Source: Eledone cirrhosa (taxonomy: Eukaryota). Taken from it: a stretch of DNA of 64,000 bases. Both the position numbers and the translations under genes were made by a program. Location of the stretch: positions 332,568,001 to 332,632,000 of the forward strand of contig OZ024743.1 in the NCBI GenBank assembly GCA_964016885.1, in the 5' to 3' direction. Under the pieces are notes generated by a model that saw nothing but the letters and a program-made list of their open reading frames with translations, did not search any database and had not been told where the DNA came from. Positions 1-15,000 of this stretch are shown here, piece after piece; within the stretch, counting starts at the first letter, position 1; the number at the start of each line of letters is the position of its first letter.

Positions 1-3000
1 AGGGAGGGAGAAGATATAGGGCAGGAAATATTGAGAGAACGGGAGGGACCAGATATAGGGCAGGAAATACTGAGAGAAAGGGAGAGACCAGATATAAGGC
101 AGGAAATACTGGGAGATAGGGAGGGACCAGATATAGGGCAGGAAATATTGAGAGAAAGGGAGGGACAAGATATAGGGCAGGAAATATTGTAAGAAAGGGA
201 GAGACCAGATATAAGGCAGGAAATACTGAGAGAAAGGGAGGGATCAGATATAAGGCAGGAAATATTGAGAGAAAGAGAGGGACCAGATAAAGGGCAGGAA
301 ATACTGAGAGAAAGAGAGGGACCAGATATAATGCAGGAAATATTGAGAGAAAGGGAGGGACCAGATATAGGGCAGGAAATACTGAGAGAAAGGGAGAGAC
401 CAGATATTTGGGAGGAAATATTGAGAGAAAGGGAGGGACAAGATATAGGGCAGGAAATATTGAGATAAAGGGAGAGACCAGATATAGCGGAGGAAATACT
501 GAGAGAAGGGGAGTGACCAGATATAAGGCAGGAAATACTGGGAAATAGGGAGGGACCAGATATAGGGCAGGAAATATTGAGAGAAAGGGAAGGACAAGAT
601 ATAGGGCAGGAAATATTGAGAGAAAGGGAGAGACCAGATATAGCGGAGGAAATACTGAGAGACAGGGAGGGACCAGATATAGGGCAGGAAATATTGAGAG
701 AAAGGGAGAGACCAGATATAGCGGAGGAAATATTGAGAGAAAGGGAGGGACAAGATATAGGGCAGGAAATATTGAGAGAAAGGGAGAGACCAGATATAGG
801 GCAGGAAATACTGAGAGAAGGGGAGTGACCAGATATAAGGCAGGAAATACTGGGAGATAGGGAGGGACCAGATATAGGGCAGGAAATATTGAGAGAAAGG
901 GAAGGACAAGATATAGGGCAGGAAATATTGAGAGAAAGGGAGAGACCAGATATAGCGGAGGAAATACTGAGAGAAAGGGAGGGACCAGATATAGGGCAGG
1001 AAATATTGAGAGAAAGGGAGAGACCAGATATAGCGGAGGAAATACTGAGAGAAAGGGAGGGACCAGATATAAGGCAGGAAATACTGAGAGATAGGGAGGG
1101 ACCAGATATGGGGCAGGAAATATTGAGAGAAAGGGAGAGACCAGATATAAGGCAGGAAATGCTGGGAGATAGGGAGGGACCAGATATAGGGCAGGAAATA
1201 TTGAGAGAAAGGGAGGGACAAGATATAGCGGAGGAAATACTGAGAGAAAGGGAGGGACCAGATATAGGGTAGGAAATATTGAGAGAAAGGGAGAGACCAG
1301 ATATAGGGCAGGAAATACTGGGAGATAGGGAAGGACCAGATATAGGGCAGGAAATATTGAGAGAAAGGGAGAGACCAGATATAAGGCAGGAAATACTGGG
1401 AGATAGGGAGGGACCAGATATAGGGCAGGAAATATTGAGAGAAAGGGAGAGACCAGATATAGGGCAGGAAATACTGAGAGAAAGGGAGGGACCAGATATA
1501 GGGCAGGAAATATTGAGAGAAAAAGAGTGACCAGATATAAGGCAGGGAATATTGAGAGTAAGGGAGGGACCAGATATAAGGCAGCAATATTGAGAGAAAG
1601 GGAGGTGCCAGATATAAGGCAGGAAATATTGAGAGATAGGGAGAGACAAGATATAGGGCAGGAAATATTGAGAGATCGGGAGGGACCAGATATAACGGAG
1701 GAAATACTGAGAGAAGGGGGGGACCAGATATAAGGCAGGAAATACTGAGAGAAATAAGGGACCAGGTATAAGGCAGGGAATATTGAGAGAAAGGGAGAGA
1801 CCAGATATAGGGCAGGAAATACTGAGAGAAAGGGAGGGACGAGATATAAGGCAGGAAATACTGAGGGAAAGGAAGGGACCAGATATAAGGCGAGGAATAT
1901 TGAGAGAAAGGGAGAGACCAGATGTAGGGCAGGAAATACTGAGAGAAAGGGAGAGACCAGATATAGGGGAAGAAATATTGAGAGAAAGGGAGGGACCAGA
2001 TATAGGGGAGGAAATATTGAGAGAAAGGGACGGACCAGATATAGGGCAGGAAATACTGAGAGAAAGGGAGGGACCAGATATAAGGGAGGAAATATTGAGA
2101 GAAAGGGAGGGACCAGATATAGGGCAGGAAATATTGAGAGAAAGGGAGGGACCAGATATAGAGCAGGAAATACTGAGAGAAAGGGTGAGACCAGATATAG
2201 GGCAGGAAATACTGAGAGAAAGGGAAAGACCAGATATAAGGCAGGAAATACTGAGAGAAAGGGAGAGAACAGATATAAGGCAGGAAATACTGAGAGAAAG
2301 GAAGGGACCAGATATAAGGCAGGAAATACTGAGAGAAAGGAAGGGACCAGATATAAGGCTGGAAATAGATAGAAAGGAAGGGACCAGATATTAGGCAGGA
2401 AATACTGAGAGAAAGGGAGGGAACAGATATAGGTCAGGAAATACTGAGAGAAAGGGAGAGACCAGATAGAGGGGACGAAGTATTGAGAGAAAAGGAGGGA
2501 CCAGTTATAGGGCAGGAAATATTGAGAGAAAGGGAGGGACCAGATATTAGGGAGGAATTATGGAGAGAAAGGGAGGGACCAGATATAGGGGAGGAAATAT
2601 TGAGAGAAAGGGAGGGACCAGATATAGGGCAGGAAATACTGAGAGAATGGGAGGGACCAGACATAACGCAGGAAATATTGATAGAAAGGGAGAGACCAGA
2701 TATGAGGGAGGAAATATTGAGACAAAAGGAGGGACCAGATATAGGGCAGGAAATATTGAGAGAAAGGAAGGGACCAGATATAAGGCTGGAAATAGATAGA
2801 AAGGAAGGGACCAGATATTAGGCAGGAAATACTGAGAGAAAGGGAGGGAACAGATATAGGTCAGGAAATACTGAGAGAAAGGGAGAGACCAGATAGAGGG
2901 GACGAAGTATTGAGAGAAAGGGAGGGACCAGTTATAGGGCAGGAAATATTGAGAGAAAGGGAGGGACCAGATATTAGGGAGGAATTATGGAGAGAAAGGG

Positions 3001-6000
3001 AGGGACCAGATATAGGGGAGGAAATATTGAGAGAAAGGGAGGGACCAGATATAGGGCAGGAAATATTGATAGAAAGGGAGAGACCAGATATGAGGGAGGA
3101 AATATTGAGACAAAAGGAGGGACCAGATATAGGGCAGGAAATATTGAGAGAAAGGGAGGGACCAGATATAAGGCATGAAATATTGAGAGAAAGGGAGGCA
3201 CCAGATATAAGGCAGGAAATATTGAGAGAAAGGGAGAGACCTGATATAGGGGAGGAAATATTGAGAGAAAGGGAGGGACCAGATATAGAGCAGGAAATAC
3301 TGAGAGAAAGGGAGAGACCAGATATAGGGCAGGAAATACTGAGAGAAAGGGAAAGACCAGATATAAGGCAGGAAATACTGAGAGAAAGGGAGAGACCAGA
3401 TATAAGGGAGGAAATATTGAGAGAAAGGTAGGGACCAGATATAGGGCAGGAAATATTGAGAGAAAGGGAGGGACCAGATATAAGGCATGAAATATTGAGA
3501 GAAAGGGAGGCACCAGATATAAGGCAGGAAATATTGAGAGAAAGGGAGAGACCAGATATAGGGGAGGAAATATTGAGAGAAAGGGAGAGACCAGATATAG
3601 GGGAGGAAATATTGAGAGAAAGGGAGGGACAAGATATAGGGCAGGAAATATTGAGAGAAAGGGAGGGACCAGATATAGGGCAGGAAATATTGAGAGAAAA
3701 GGGAGAGACCAGATATAGGGGAGGAAATATTGAGACAAAAAGAGGGACCAGATATAGGGCAGGAAATATTGAGAGAAAGGGAGAGACCAGATATAGAGGA
3801 GGAAATATTGTGAGAAAGGGAGGGACCAGATATAGGGCAGGAAATATTGAGAGAAAGGGAGGGACCAGATATAGAGCAGGAAATACTGAGAGAAAGGGAG
3901 AGATCAGATATAGGGCAGGAAATACTGATAGAAAGGGAGGGATCAGATATAGGGCAGGAAATATTGAGACAAAGGGAGAGACCAGATATAAGGCAGGAAA
4001 TATTGAGAGAAAGGGAGAGACCAGATATTAGGGAGGAAATATTGAGAGAAAGGGAGGGAGAAGATATAGGGCAGGAAATATTGAGAGAACGGGAGGGACC
4101 AGATATAGGGCAGGAAATACTGAGAGAAAGGGAGAGACCAGATATAAGGCAGGAAATACTGGGAGATAGGGAGGGACCAGATATAGGGCAGGAAATATTG
4201 AGAGAAAGGGAGGGACAAGATATAGGGCAGGAAATATTGTAAGAAAGGGAGAGACCAGATATAAGGCAGGAAATACTGAGAGAAAGGGAGGGACCAGATA
4301 TAAGGCAGGAAATATTGAGAGAAAGAGAGGGACCAGATAAAGGGCAGGAAATACTGAGAGAAAGAGAGGGACCAGATATAACGCAGGAAATATTGAGAGA
4401 AAGGGAGGGACCAGATATAGGGCAGGAAATACTGAGAGAAAGGGAGAGACCAGATATTTGGGAGGAAATATTGAGAGAAAGGGAGGGACAAGATATAGGG
4501 CAGGAAATATTGAGATAAAGGGAGAGACCAGATATAGCGGAGGAAATACTGAGAGAAGGGGAGTGACCAGATATAAGGCAGGAAATACTGGGAAAAAGGG
4601 AGGGACCAGATATAGGGCAGGAAATATTGAGAGAAAGGGAAGGACAAGATATAGGGCAGGAAATATTGAGAGAAAGGGAGAGACCAGATATAGCGGAGGA
4701 AATACTGAGAGACAGGGAGGGACCAGATATAGGGCAGGAAATATTGAGAGAAAGGGAGAGACCAGATATAGCGGAGGAAATATTGAGAGAAAGGGAGGGA
4801 CAAGATATAAGGCAGGAAATACTGGGAGATAGGGAGGGACCAGATATAGGGCAGGAAATATTGAGAGAAAGGGAGAGACCAGATATAGGGCAGGAAATAC
4901 TGAGAGAAAGGGAGGGACCAGATATAGGGCAGGAAATATTGAGAGAAAGGGAGAGACCAGATATAGCGGAAGAAATACTGAGAGAAAGGGAGGGACCAGA
5001 TATAGGGCAGGAAATATTGAGAGAAAGGGAGAGACCAGATATAGCGGAGGAAATACTGAGAGAAAGGGAGGGACCAGATATAAGGCAGGAAATACTGAGA
5101 GATAGGGAGGGACCAGATATGGGGTAGGAAATATTGAGAGAAAGGGAGAGACCAGATATAAGGCAAGAAATGCTGGGAGATAGGGAGGGACCAGATATAG
5201 GGCAGGAAATATTGAGAGAAAGGGAGGGACAAGATATAGCGGAGGAAATACTGAGAGAAAGGGAGGGACCAGATATAGGGCAGGAAATATTGAGAGAAAG
5301 GGAGAGACCAGATATAGGGCAGGAAATACTGGGAGATAGGGAAGGACCAGATATAGGGCAGGAAATATTGAGAGAAAGGGAGAGACCAGATATAAGGCAG
5401 GAAATACTGGGAGATAGGGAGGGACCAGATATAGGGCAGGAAATATTGAGAGAAAGGGAGAGACCAGATATAGGGCAGGAAATACTGAGAGAAAGGGAGG
5501 GACCAGATATAGGGCAGGAAATATTGAGAGAAAAAGAGTGACCAGATATAAGGCAGGGAATATTGAGAGTAAGGGAGGGACCAGATATAAGGCAGCAATA
5601 TTGAGAGAAAGGGAGGGGCCAGATATAAGGCAGGAAATATTGAGAGATAGGGAGAGACAAGATATAGGGCAGGAAATATTGAGAGATCGGGAGGGACCAG
5701 ATAAAGCGGAGGAAATACTGAGAGAAGGGGGGGACCAGATATAAGGCAGGAAATACTGAGAGAAATAAGGGACCAGGTATAAGGCAGGGAATATTGAGAG
5801 AAAGGGAGAGACCAGATATAGGGCAGGAAATACTGAGAGAAAGGGAGGGACGAGATATAAGGCAGGAAATACTGAGGGAAAGGAAGGGACCAGATATAAG
5901 GCGAGGAATATTGAGAGAAAGGGAGAGACCAGATGTAGGGCAGGAAATACTGAGAGAGAGGGAGAGACCAGATATAGGGGAAGAAATATTGAGAGAAAGG

Positions 6001-9000
6001 GATGGACCAGATATAGGGGAGGAAATATTGAGAGAAAGGGACGGACCAGATATAGGGCAGGAAATACTGAGAGAAAGGGAGGGACCAGATATAAGGGAGG
6101 AAATATTGAGAGAAAGGGAGGGACCAGATATAGGGCAGGAAATATTGAGAGAAAGGGAGGGACCAGATATAGAGCAGGAAATACTGAGAGAAAGGGTGAG
6201 ACCAGATATAGGGCAGGAAATACTGAGAGAAAGGGAAAGACCAGATATAAGGCAGGAAATACTGAGAGAAAGGGAGAGACCAGATATAAGGCAGGAAATA
6301 CTGAGAGAAAGGAAGGGACCAGATATAAGGCAGGAAATACTGAGAGAAAGGAAGGGACCAGATATAAGGCTGGAAATAGATAGAAAGGAAGTGACCAGAT
6401 ATTAGGCAGGAAATACTGAGAGAAAGGGAGGGAACAGATATAGGTCAGGAAATACTGAGAGAAAGGGAGAGACCAGATAGAGGGGACGAAGTATTGAGAG
6501 AAAGGGAGGGACCAGTTATAGGGCAGGAAATATTGAGAGAAAGGGAGGGACCAGATATTAGGGAGGAATTATGGAGAGAAAGGGAGGGACCAGATATAGG
6601 GGAGGAAATATTGAGAGAAAGGGAGGGACCAGATATAGGGCAGGAAATACTGAGAGAATGGGAGGGACCAGACATAACGCAGGAAATATTGATAGAAAGG
6701 GAGAGACCAGATATGAGGGAGGAAATATTGAGACAAAAGGAGGGACCAGATATAGGGCAGGAAATATTGAGAGAAAGGGAGGGACCAGATATAAGGCATG
6801 AAATATTGAGAGAAAGGGAGGCACCAGATATAAGGCAGGAAATATTGAGAGAAAGGGAGAGACCAGATGATATAGGGGAGGAAATATTGAGAGAAAGGGA
6901 GGGACCAGATATAGAGCAGGAAATACTGAGAGAAAGGGAGAGACCAGATATAGGGCAGGAAATACTGAGAGAAAGGGAAAGACCAGATATAAGGCAGGAA
7001 ATACTGAGAGAAAGGGAGAGACCAGATATAAGGGAGGAAATAATGAGAGAAAGGTAGGGACCAGATATAGGGCAGGAAATATTGAGAGAAAGGGAGGGAC
7101 CAGATATAAGGCATGAAATATTGAGAGAAAGGGAGGCACCAGATATAAGGCAGGAAATATTGAGAGAAAGGGAGAGACCAGATATAGGGGAGGAAATATT
7201 GAGAGAAAGGTAGGGACCAGATATAGGGCAGGAAATATTGAGAGAAAAGGAGGGACCAGATATAAGGCATGAAATATTGAGAGAAAGGGAGGCACCAGAT
7301 CTAAGGCAGGAAATGTTGAGAGAACGGGAGAGACCAGATATAGGGGAGGAAATATTGAGAGAAAGGGAGAGACCAGATATAGGGGAGGAAATATTGAGAG
7401 AAAGGGAGGGACAAGATATAGGGCAGGAAATATTGAGAGAAAGGGAGGGACCAGATATAGGGCAGGAAATATTGAGAGAAAAGGGAGAGACCAGATATAG
7501 GGGAGGAAATATTGAGACAAAAAGAGGTACCAGATATAGGGCAGGAAATATTGAGAGAAAGGGAGAGACCAGATATAGGGGAGGAAATATTGTGAGAAAG
7601 GGAGGGACCAGATATAGGGCAGGAAATATTGAGAGAAAGGGAGAGACCAGATATAGGGCAGGAAATACTGAGAGAAAGGGAGGGACCAGATATAGGGCAG
7701 GAAATATTGAGAGAAAGGGAGAGACCAGATATAGCGGAAGAAATACTGAGAGAAAGGGAGGGACCAGATATAGGGCAGGAAATATTGAGAGAAAGGGAGA
7801 GACCAGATATAGCGGAGGAAATACTGAGAGAAAGGGAGGGACCAGATATAAGGCAGGAAATACTGAGAGATAGGGAGGGACCAGATATGGGGCAGGAAAT
7901 ATTGAGAGAAAGGGAGAGACCAGATATAAGGCAAGAAATGCTGGGAGTTAGGGAGGGACCAGATATAGGGCAGGAAATATTGAGAGAAAGGGAGGGACAA
8001 GATATAGCGGAGGAAATACTGAGAGAAAGGGAGGGTCCAGATATAGGGCAGGAAATATTGAGAGAAAGGGAGAGACCAGATATAGGGCAGGAAATACTGG
8101 GAGATAGGGAAGGACCAGATATAGGGCAGGAAATATTGAGAGAAAGGGAGAGACCAGATATAAGGCAGGAAATACTGGGAGATAGGGAGGGACCAGATAT
8201 AGGGCAGGAAATATTGAGAGAAAGGGAGAGACCAGATATAGGGCAGGAAATACTGAGAGAAAGGGAGGGACCAGATATAGGGCAGGAAATATTGAGAGAA
8301 AAAGAGTGACTAGATATAAGGCAGGGAATATTGAGAGTAAGGGAGGGACCAGATATAAGGCAGCAATATTGAGAGAAAGGGAGGGGCCAGATATAAGGCA
8401 GGAAATATTGAGAGATAGGGAGAGACAAGATATAGGGCAGGAAATATTGAGAGATCGGGAGGGACCAGATATAGCGGAGGAAATACTGAGAGAAGGGGGG
8501 GACCAGATATAAGGCAGGAAATACTGAGAGAAATAAGGGACCAGGTATAAGGCAGGGAATATTGAGAGAAAGGGAGAGACCAGATATAGGGCAGGAAATA
8601 CTGAGAGAAAGGGAGGGACGAGATATAAGGCAGGAAATACTGAGGGAAAGGAAGGGACCAGATATAAGGCGAGGAATATTGAGAGAAAGGGAGAGACCAG
8701 ATGTAGGGCAGGAAATACTGAGAGAAAGGGAGAGACCAGATATAGGGGAAGAAATATTGAGAGAAAGGGATGGACCAGATATAGGGGAGGAAATATTGAG
8801 AGAAAGGGACGGACCAGATATAGGGCAGGAAATACTGAGAGAAAGGGAGGGACCAGATATAAGGGAGGAAATATTGAGAGAAAGGGAGGGACCAGATATA
8901 GGGCAGGAAATATTGAGAGAATGGGAGGGACCAGATATAGAGCAGGAAATACTGAGAGAAAGGGTGAGACCAGATATAGGGCAGGAAATACTGAGAGAAA

Positions 9001-12000
9001 GGGAAAGACCAGATATAAGGCAGGAAATACTGAGAGAAAGGGAGAGACCAGATATAAGGCAGGAAATACTGAGAGAAAGGAAGGGACCAGATATAAGGCA
9101 GGAAATACTGAGAGAAAGGAAGGGACCAGATATAAGGCTGGAAATAGATAGAAAGGAAGGGACCAGATATTAGGCAGGAAATACTGAGAGAAAGGGAGGG
9201 AACAGATATAGGTCAGGAAATACTGAGAGAAAGGGAGAGACCAGATAGAGGGGACGAAGTATTGAGAGAAAGGGAGGGACCAGTTATAGGGCAGGAAATA
9301 TTGAGAGAAAGGGAGGGACCAGATATTAGGGAGGAATTATGGAGAGAAAGGGAGGGACCAGATATAGGGGAGGAAATATTGAGAGAAAGGGAGGGACCAG
9401 ATATAGGGCAGGAAATACTGAGAGAATGGGAGGGACCAGACATAACGCAGGAAATATTGATAGAAAGGGAGAGACCAGATATGAGGGAGGAAATATTGAG
9501 ACAAAAGGAGGGACCAGATATAGGGCAGGAAATATTGAGAGAAAGGGAGGGACCAGATATAAGGCATGAAATATTGAGAGAAAGGGAGGCACCAGATATA
9601 AGGCAGGAAATATTGAGAGAAAGGGAGAGACCAGATGATATAGGGGAGGAAATATTGAGAGAAAGGGAGGGACCAGATATAGAGCAGGAAATACTGAGAG
9701 AAAGGGAGAGACCAGATATAGGGCAGGAAATACTGAGAGAAAGGGAAAGACCAGATATAAGGCAGGAAATACTGAGAGAAAGGGAGAGACCAGATATAAG
9801 GGAGAAAATAATGAGAGAAAGGTAGGGACCAGATATAGGGCAGGAAATATTGAGAGAAAGGGAGGGACCAGATATAAGGCATGAAATATTGAGAGAAAGG
9901 GAGGCACCAGATATAAGGCAGGAAATATTGAGAGAAAGGGAGAGACCAGATATAGGGGAGGAAATATTGAGAGAAAGGTAGGGACCAGATATAGGGCAGG
10001 AAATATTGAGAGAAAAGGAGGGACCAGATATAAGGCATGAAATATTGAGAGAAAGGGAGGCACCAGATCTAAGGCAGGAAATGTTGAGAGAACGGGAGAG
10101 ACCAGATATAGGGGAGGAAATATTGAGAGAAAGGGAGAGACCAGATATAGGGGAGGAAATATTGAGAGAAAGGGAGGGACAAGATATAGGGCAGGAAATA
10201 TTGAGAGAAAGGGAGGGACCAGATATAGGGCAGGAAATATTGAGAGAAAAGGGAGAGACCAGATATAGGGGAGGAAATATTGAGACAAAAAGAGGGACCA
10301 GATATAGGGCAGGAAATATTGAGAGAAAGGGAGAGACCAGATATAGGGGAGGAAATATTGTGAGAAAGGGAGGGACCAGATATAGGGCAGGAAATATTGA
10401 GAGAAAGGGAGGGACCAGATATAGAGCAGGAAATACTGAGAGAAAGGGAGAGATCAGATATAGGGCAGGAAATACTGATAGAAAGGGAGGAATCAGATAT
10501 AGGGCAGGAAATATTGAGACAAAGGGAGAGACCAGATATAAGGCAGGAAATATTGAGAGAAAGGGAGAGACCAGATATTAGGGAGGAAATATTGAGAGAA
10601 AGGGAGGGACAAGATATAGGGCAGGAAATATTGAGATAAAGGGAGAGACCAGATATAGCGGAGGATATACTGAGAGAGGGGAGTGACCAGATATAAGGCA
10701 GGAAATACTGGGAAATAGGGAGGGACCAGATATAGGGCAGGAAATATTGAGAGAAAGGGAAGGACAAGATATAGGGCAGGAAATATTGAGAGAAAGGGAG
10801 AGACCAGATTTAGCGGAGGAAATACTGAGAGACAGGGAGGGACCAGATATAGGGCAGGAAATATTGAGAGAAAGGGAGAGACCAGATATAGCGGAGGAAA
10901 TATTGAGAGAAAGGGAGGGACAAGATATAGCGCAGGAAATATTGAGAGAAAGGGAGAGACCAGATATAGGGCAGGAAATATTGAGAGAAAGGGAAGGACA
11001 AGATATAGGGCAGGAGATATTGAGAGAAAGGGAGAGACCAGATATAGCGGAGGAAATACTGAGAGAAAGGGAGGGACCAGATATAAAACAGGAAATATTG
11101 AGAGAAAGGGAGAGACCAGATATAGGGCAGGAAATACTGAGAGAAGGGGAGTGACCAGATATAAGGCAGGAAATACTGGGAGATAGGGAGGGACCAGATA
11201 TAGGGCAGGAAATATTGAGAGAAAGGGAAGGACAAGATATAGGGCAGGAAATATTGAGAGAAAGGGAGAGACCAGGTATAGCGGAGGAAATACTGAGAGA
11301 AAGGGAGGGACCAGATATAAAACAGGAAATATTGAGAGAAAGGGAGAGACCAGATATAGGGCAGGAAATACTGAGAGAAGGGGAGTGACCAGATATAAGG
11401 CAGGAAATACTGGGAGATAGGGAGGGACCAGATATAGGGCAGGAAATATTGAGAGAAAGGGAAGGACAAGATATAGGGCAGGAAATATTGAGAGAAAGGG
11501 AGAGACCAGATATAGCGGAGGAAATACTGAGAGAAAGGGAGGGACCAGATATAAAACAGGAAATATTGAGAGAAAGGGAGAGACCAGATATAGGGCAGGA
11601 AATACTGAGAGAAGGGGAGTGACCAGATATAAGGCAGGAAATGCTGGGAGATAGGGAGGGACCAGATATAGGGCAGGAAATATTGAGAGAAAGGGAGGGA
11701 CAAGATATAGCGGAGGAAATACTGAGAGAAAGGGAGGGACGAGATATAAGGCAGGAAATACTGAGGGAAAGGAAGGGACCAGATATAAGGCGAGGAATAT
11801 TGAGAGAAAGGGAGAGACCAGATGTAGGGCAGGAAATACTGAGAGAAAGGGAGAGACCAGATATAGGGGAAGAAATATTGAGAGAAAGGGATGGACCAGA
11901 TATAGGGGAGGAAATATTGAGAGAAAGGGACGGACCAGATATAGGGCAGGAAATACTGAGAGAAAGGGAGGGACCAGATATAAGGGAGGAAATATTGAGA

Positions 12001-15000
12001 GAAAGGGAGGGACCAGATATAGGGCAGGAAATATTGAGAGAAAGGGAGGGACCAGATATAGAGCAGGAAATACTGAGAGAAAGGGTGAGACCAGATATAG
12101 GGCAGGAAATACTGAGAGAAAGGGAAAGACCAGATATAAGGCAGGAAATACTGAGAGAAAGGGAGAGACCAGATATAAGTCAGGAAATACTGAGAGAAAG
12201 GAAGGGACCAGATATAAGGCAGGAAATACTGAGAGAAAGGAAGGGACCAGATATAAGGCTGGAAATAGATAGAAAGGAAGGGACCAGATATTAGGCAGGA
12301 AATACTGAGAGAAAGGGAGGGAACAGATATAGGTCAGGAAATACTGAGAGAAAGGGAGAGACCAGATAGAGGGGACGAAGTATTGAGAGAAAGGGAGGGA
12401 CCAGTTATAGGGCAGGAAATATTGAGAGAAAGGGAGGGACCAGATATTAGGGAGGAATTATGGAGAGAAAGGGAGGGACCAGATATAGGGGAGGAAATAT
12501 TGAGAGAAAGGGAGGGACCAGATATAGGGCAGGAAATACTGAGAGAATGGGAGGGACCAGACATAACGCAGGAAATATTGATAGAAAGGGAGAGACCAGA
12601 TATGAGGGAGGAAATATTGAGACAAAAGGAGGGACCAGATATAGGGCAGGAAATATTGAGAGAAAGGGAGGGACCAGATATAAGGCATGAAATATTGAGA
12701 GAAAGGGAGGCACCAGATATAAGGCAGGAAATATTGAGAGAAAGGGAGAGACCAGATGATATAGGGGAGGAAATATTGAGAGAAAGGGAGGGACCAGATA
12801 TAGAGCAGGAAATACTGAGAGAAAGGGAGAGACCAGATATAGGGCAGGAAATACTGAGAGAAAGGGAAAGACCAGATATAAGGCAGGAAATACTGAGAGA
12901 AAGGGAGAGACCAGATATAAGGGAGGAAATAATGAGAGAAAGGTAGGGACCAGATATAGGGCAGGAAATATTGAGAGAAAGGGAGGGACCAGATATAAGG
13001 CATGAAATATTGAGAGAAAGGGAGGCACCAGATATAAGGCAGGAAATATTGAGAGAAAGGGAGAGACCAGATATAGGGGAGGAAATATTGAGAGAAAGGT
13101 AGGGACCAGATATAGGGCAGGAAATATTGAGAGAAAAGGAGGGACCAGATATAAGGCATGAAATATTGAGAGAAAGGGAGGCACCAGATCTAAGGCAGGA
13201 AATGTTGAGAGAACGGGAGAGACCAGATATAGGGGAGGAAATATTGAGAGAAAGGGAGAGACCAGATATAGGGGAGGAAATATTGAGAGAAAGGGAGGGA
13301 CAAGATATAGGGCAGGAAATATTGAGAGAAAGGGAGGGACCAGATATAGGGCAGGAAATATTGAGAGAAAAGGGAGAGACCAGATATAGGGGAGGAAATA
13401 TTGAGACAAAAAGAGGGACCAGATATAGGGCAGGAAATATTGAGAGAAAGGGAGAGACCAGATATAGGGGAGGAAATACTGTGAGAAAGGGAGGGACCAG
13501 ATATAGGGCAGGAAATATTGAGAGAAAGGGAGGGACCAGATATAGAGCAGGAAATACTGAGAGAAAGGGAGAGATCAGATATAGGGCAGGAAATACTGAT
13601 AGAAAGGGAGGGATCAGATATAGGGCAGGAAATATTGAGACAAAGGGAGAGACCAGATATAAGGCAGGAAATATTGAGAGAAAGGGAGAGACCAGATATT
13701 AGGGAGGAAATATTGAGAGAAAGGGAGGGACAAGATATAGGGCAGGAAATATTGAGATAAAGGGAGAGACCAGATATAGCGGAGGAAATACTGAGAGAGG
13801 GGAGTGACCAGATATAAGGCAGGAAATACTGGGAAATAGGGAGGGACCAGATATAGGGCAGGAAATATTGAGAGAAAGGGAAGGACAAGATATAGGGCAG
13901 GAAATATTGAGAGAAAGGGAGAGACCAGATTTAGCGGAGGAAATACTGAGAGACAGGGAGGGACCAGATATAGGGCAGGAAATATTGAGAGAAAGGGAGA
14001 GACCAGATATAGCGGAGGAAATATTGAGAGAAAGGGAGGGACAAGATATAGGGCAGGAAATATTGAGAGAAAGGGAGAGACCAGATATAGGGCAGGAAAT
14101 ATTGAGAGAAAGGGAAGGACAAGATATAGGGCAGGAGATATTGAGAGAAAGGGAGAGACCAGATATAGCGGAGGAAATACTGAGAGAAAGGGAGGGACCA
14201 GATATAAAACAGGAAATATTGAGAGAAAGGGAGAGACCAGATATAGGGCAGGAAATACTGAGAGAAGGGGAGTGACCAGATATAAGGCAGGAAATACTGG
14301 GAGATAGGGAGGGACCAGATATAGGGCAGGAAATATTGAGAGAAAGGGAAGGACAAGATATAGGGCAGGAAATATTGAGAGAAAGGGAGAGACCAGATAT
14401 AGCGGAGGAAATACTGAGAGAAAGGGAGGGACCAGATATAAAACAGGAAATATTGAGAGAAAGGGAGACCAGATATAGGGCAGGAAATACTGAGAGAAGG
14501 GGAGTGACCAGATATAAGGCAGGAAATACTGGTAGATAGGGAGGGACCAGATATAGGGCAGGAAATATTGAGAGAAAGGGAAGGACAAGATATAGGGCAG
14601 AAAATATTGAGAGAAAGGGAGAGACCAGATATAGCGGAGGAAATACTGAGAGAAAGGGAGGGACCAGATATAAAACAGGAAATATTGAGAGAAAGGGAGA
14701 GACCAGATATAGGGCAGGAAATACTGAGAGAAGGGGAGTGACCAGATATAAGGCAGGAAATGCTGGGAGATAGGGAGGGACCAGATATAGGGCAGGAAAT
14801 ATTGAGAGAAAGGGAGGGACAAGATATAGCGGAGGAAATACTGAGAGAAAGGGAGGGACCATATATAGGGCTGGAAATATTGAGAGAAAGGGAGAGACCA
14901 GATATAGGGCAGGAAATACTGGGAGATAGGGAGGGACCAGATATAGGGCAGGAAATATTGAGAGAAAGGGAGAGACCAGATATAAGGCAGGAAATACTGG

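Noticed and set aside
2545-2552. TTAGGG telomere hexamer in occasional monomers (GATATTAGGG)
   Set aside because: These are isolated single-base variants of the monomer and never occur in tandem.
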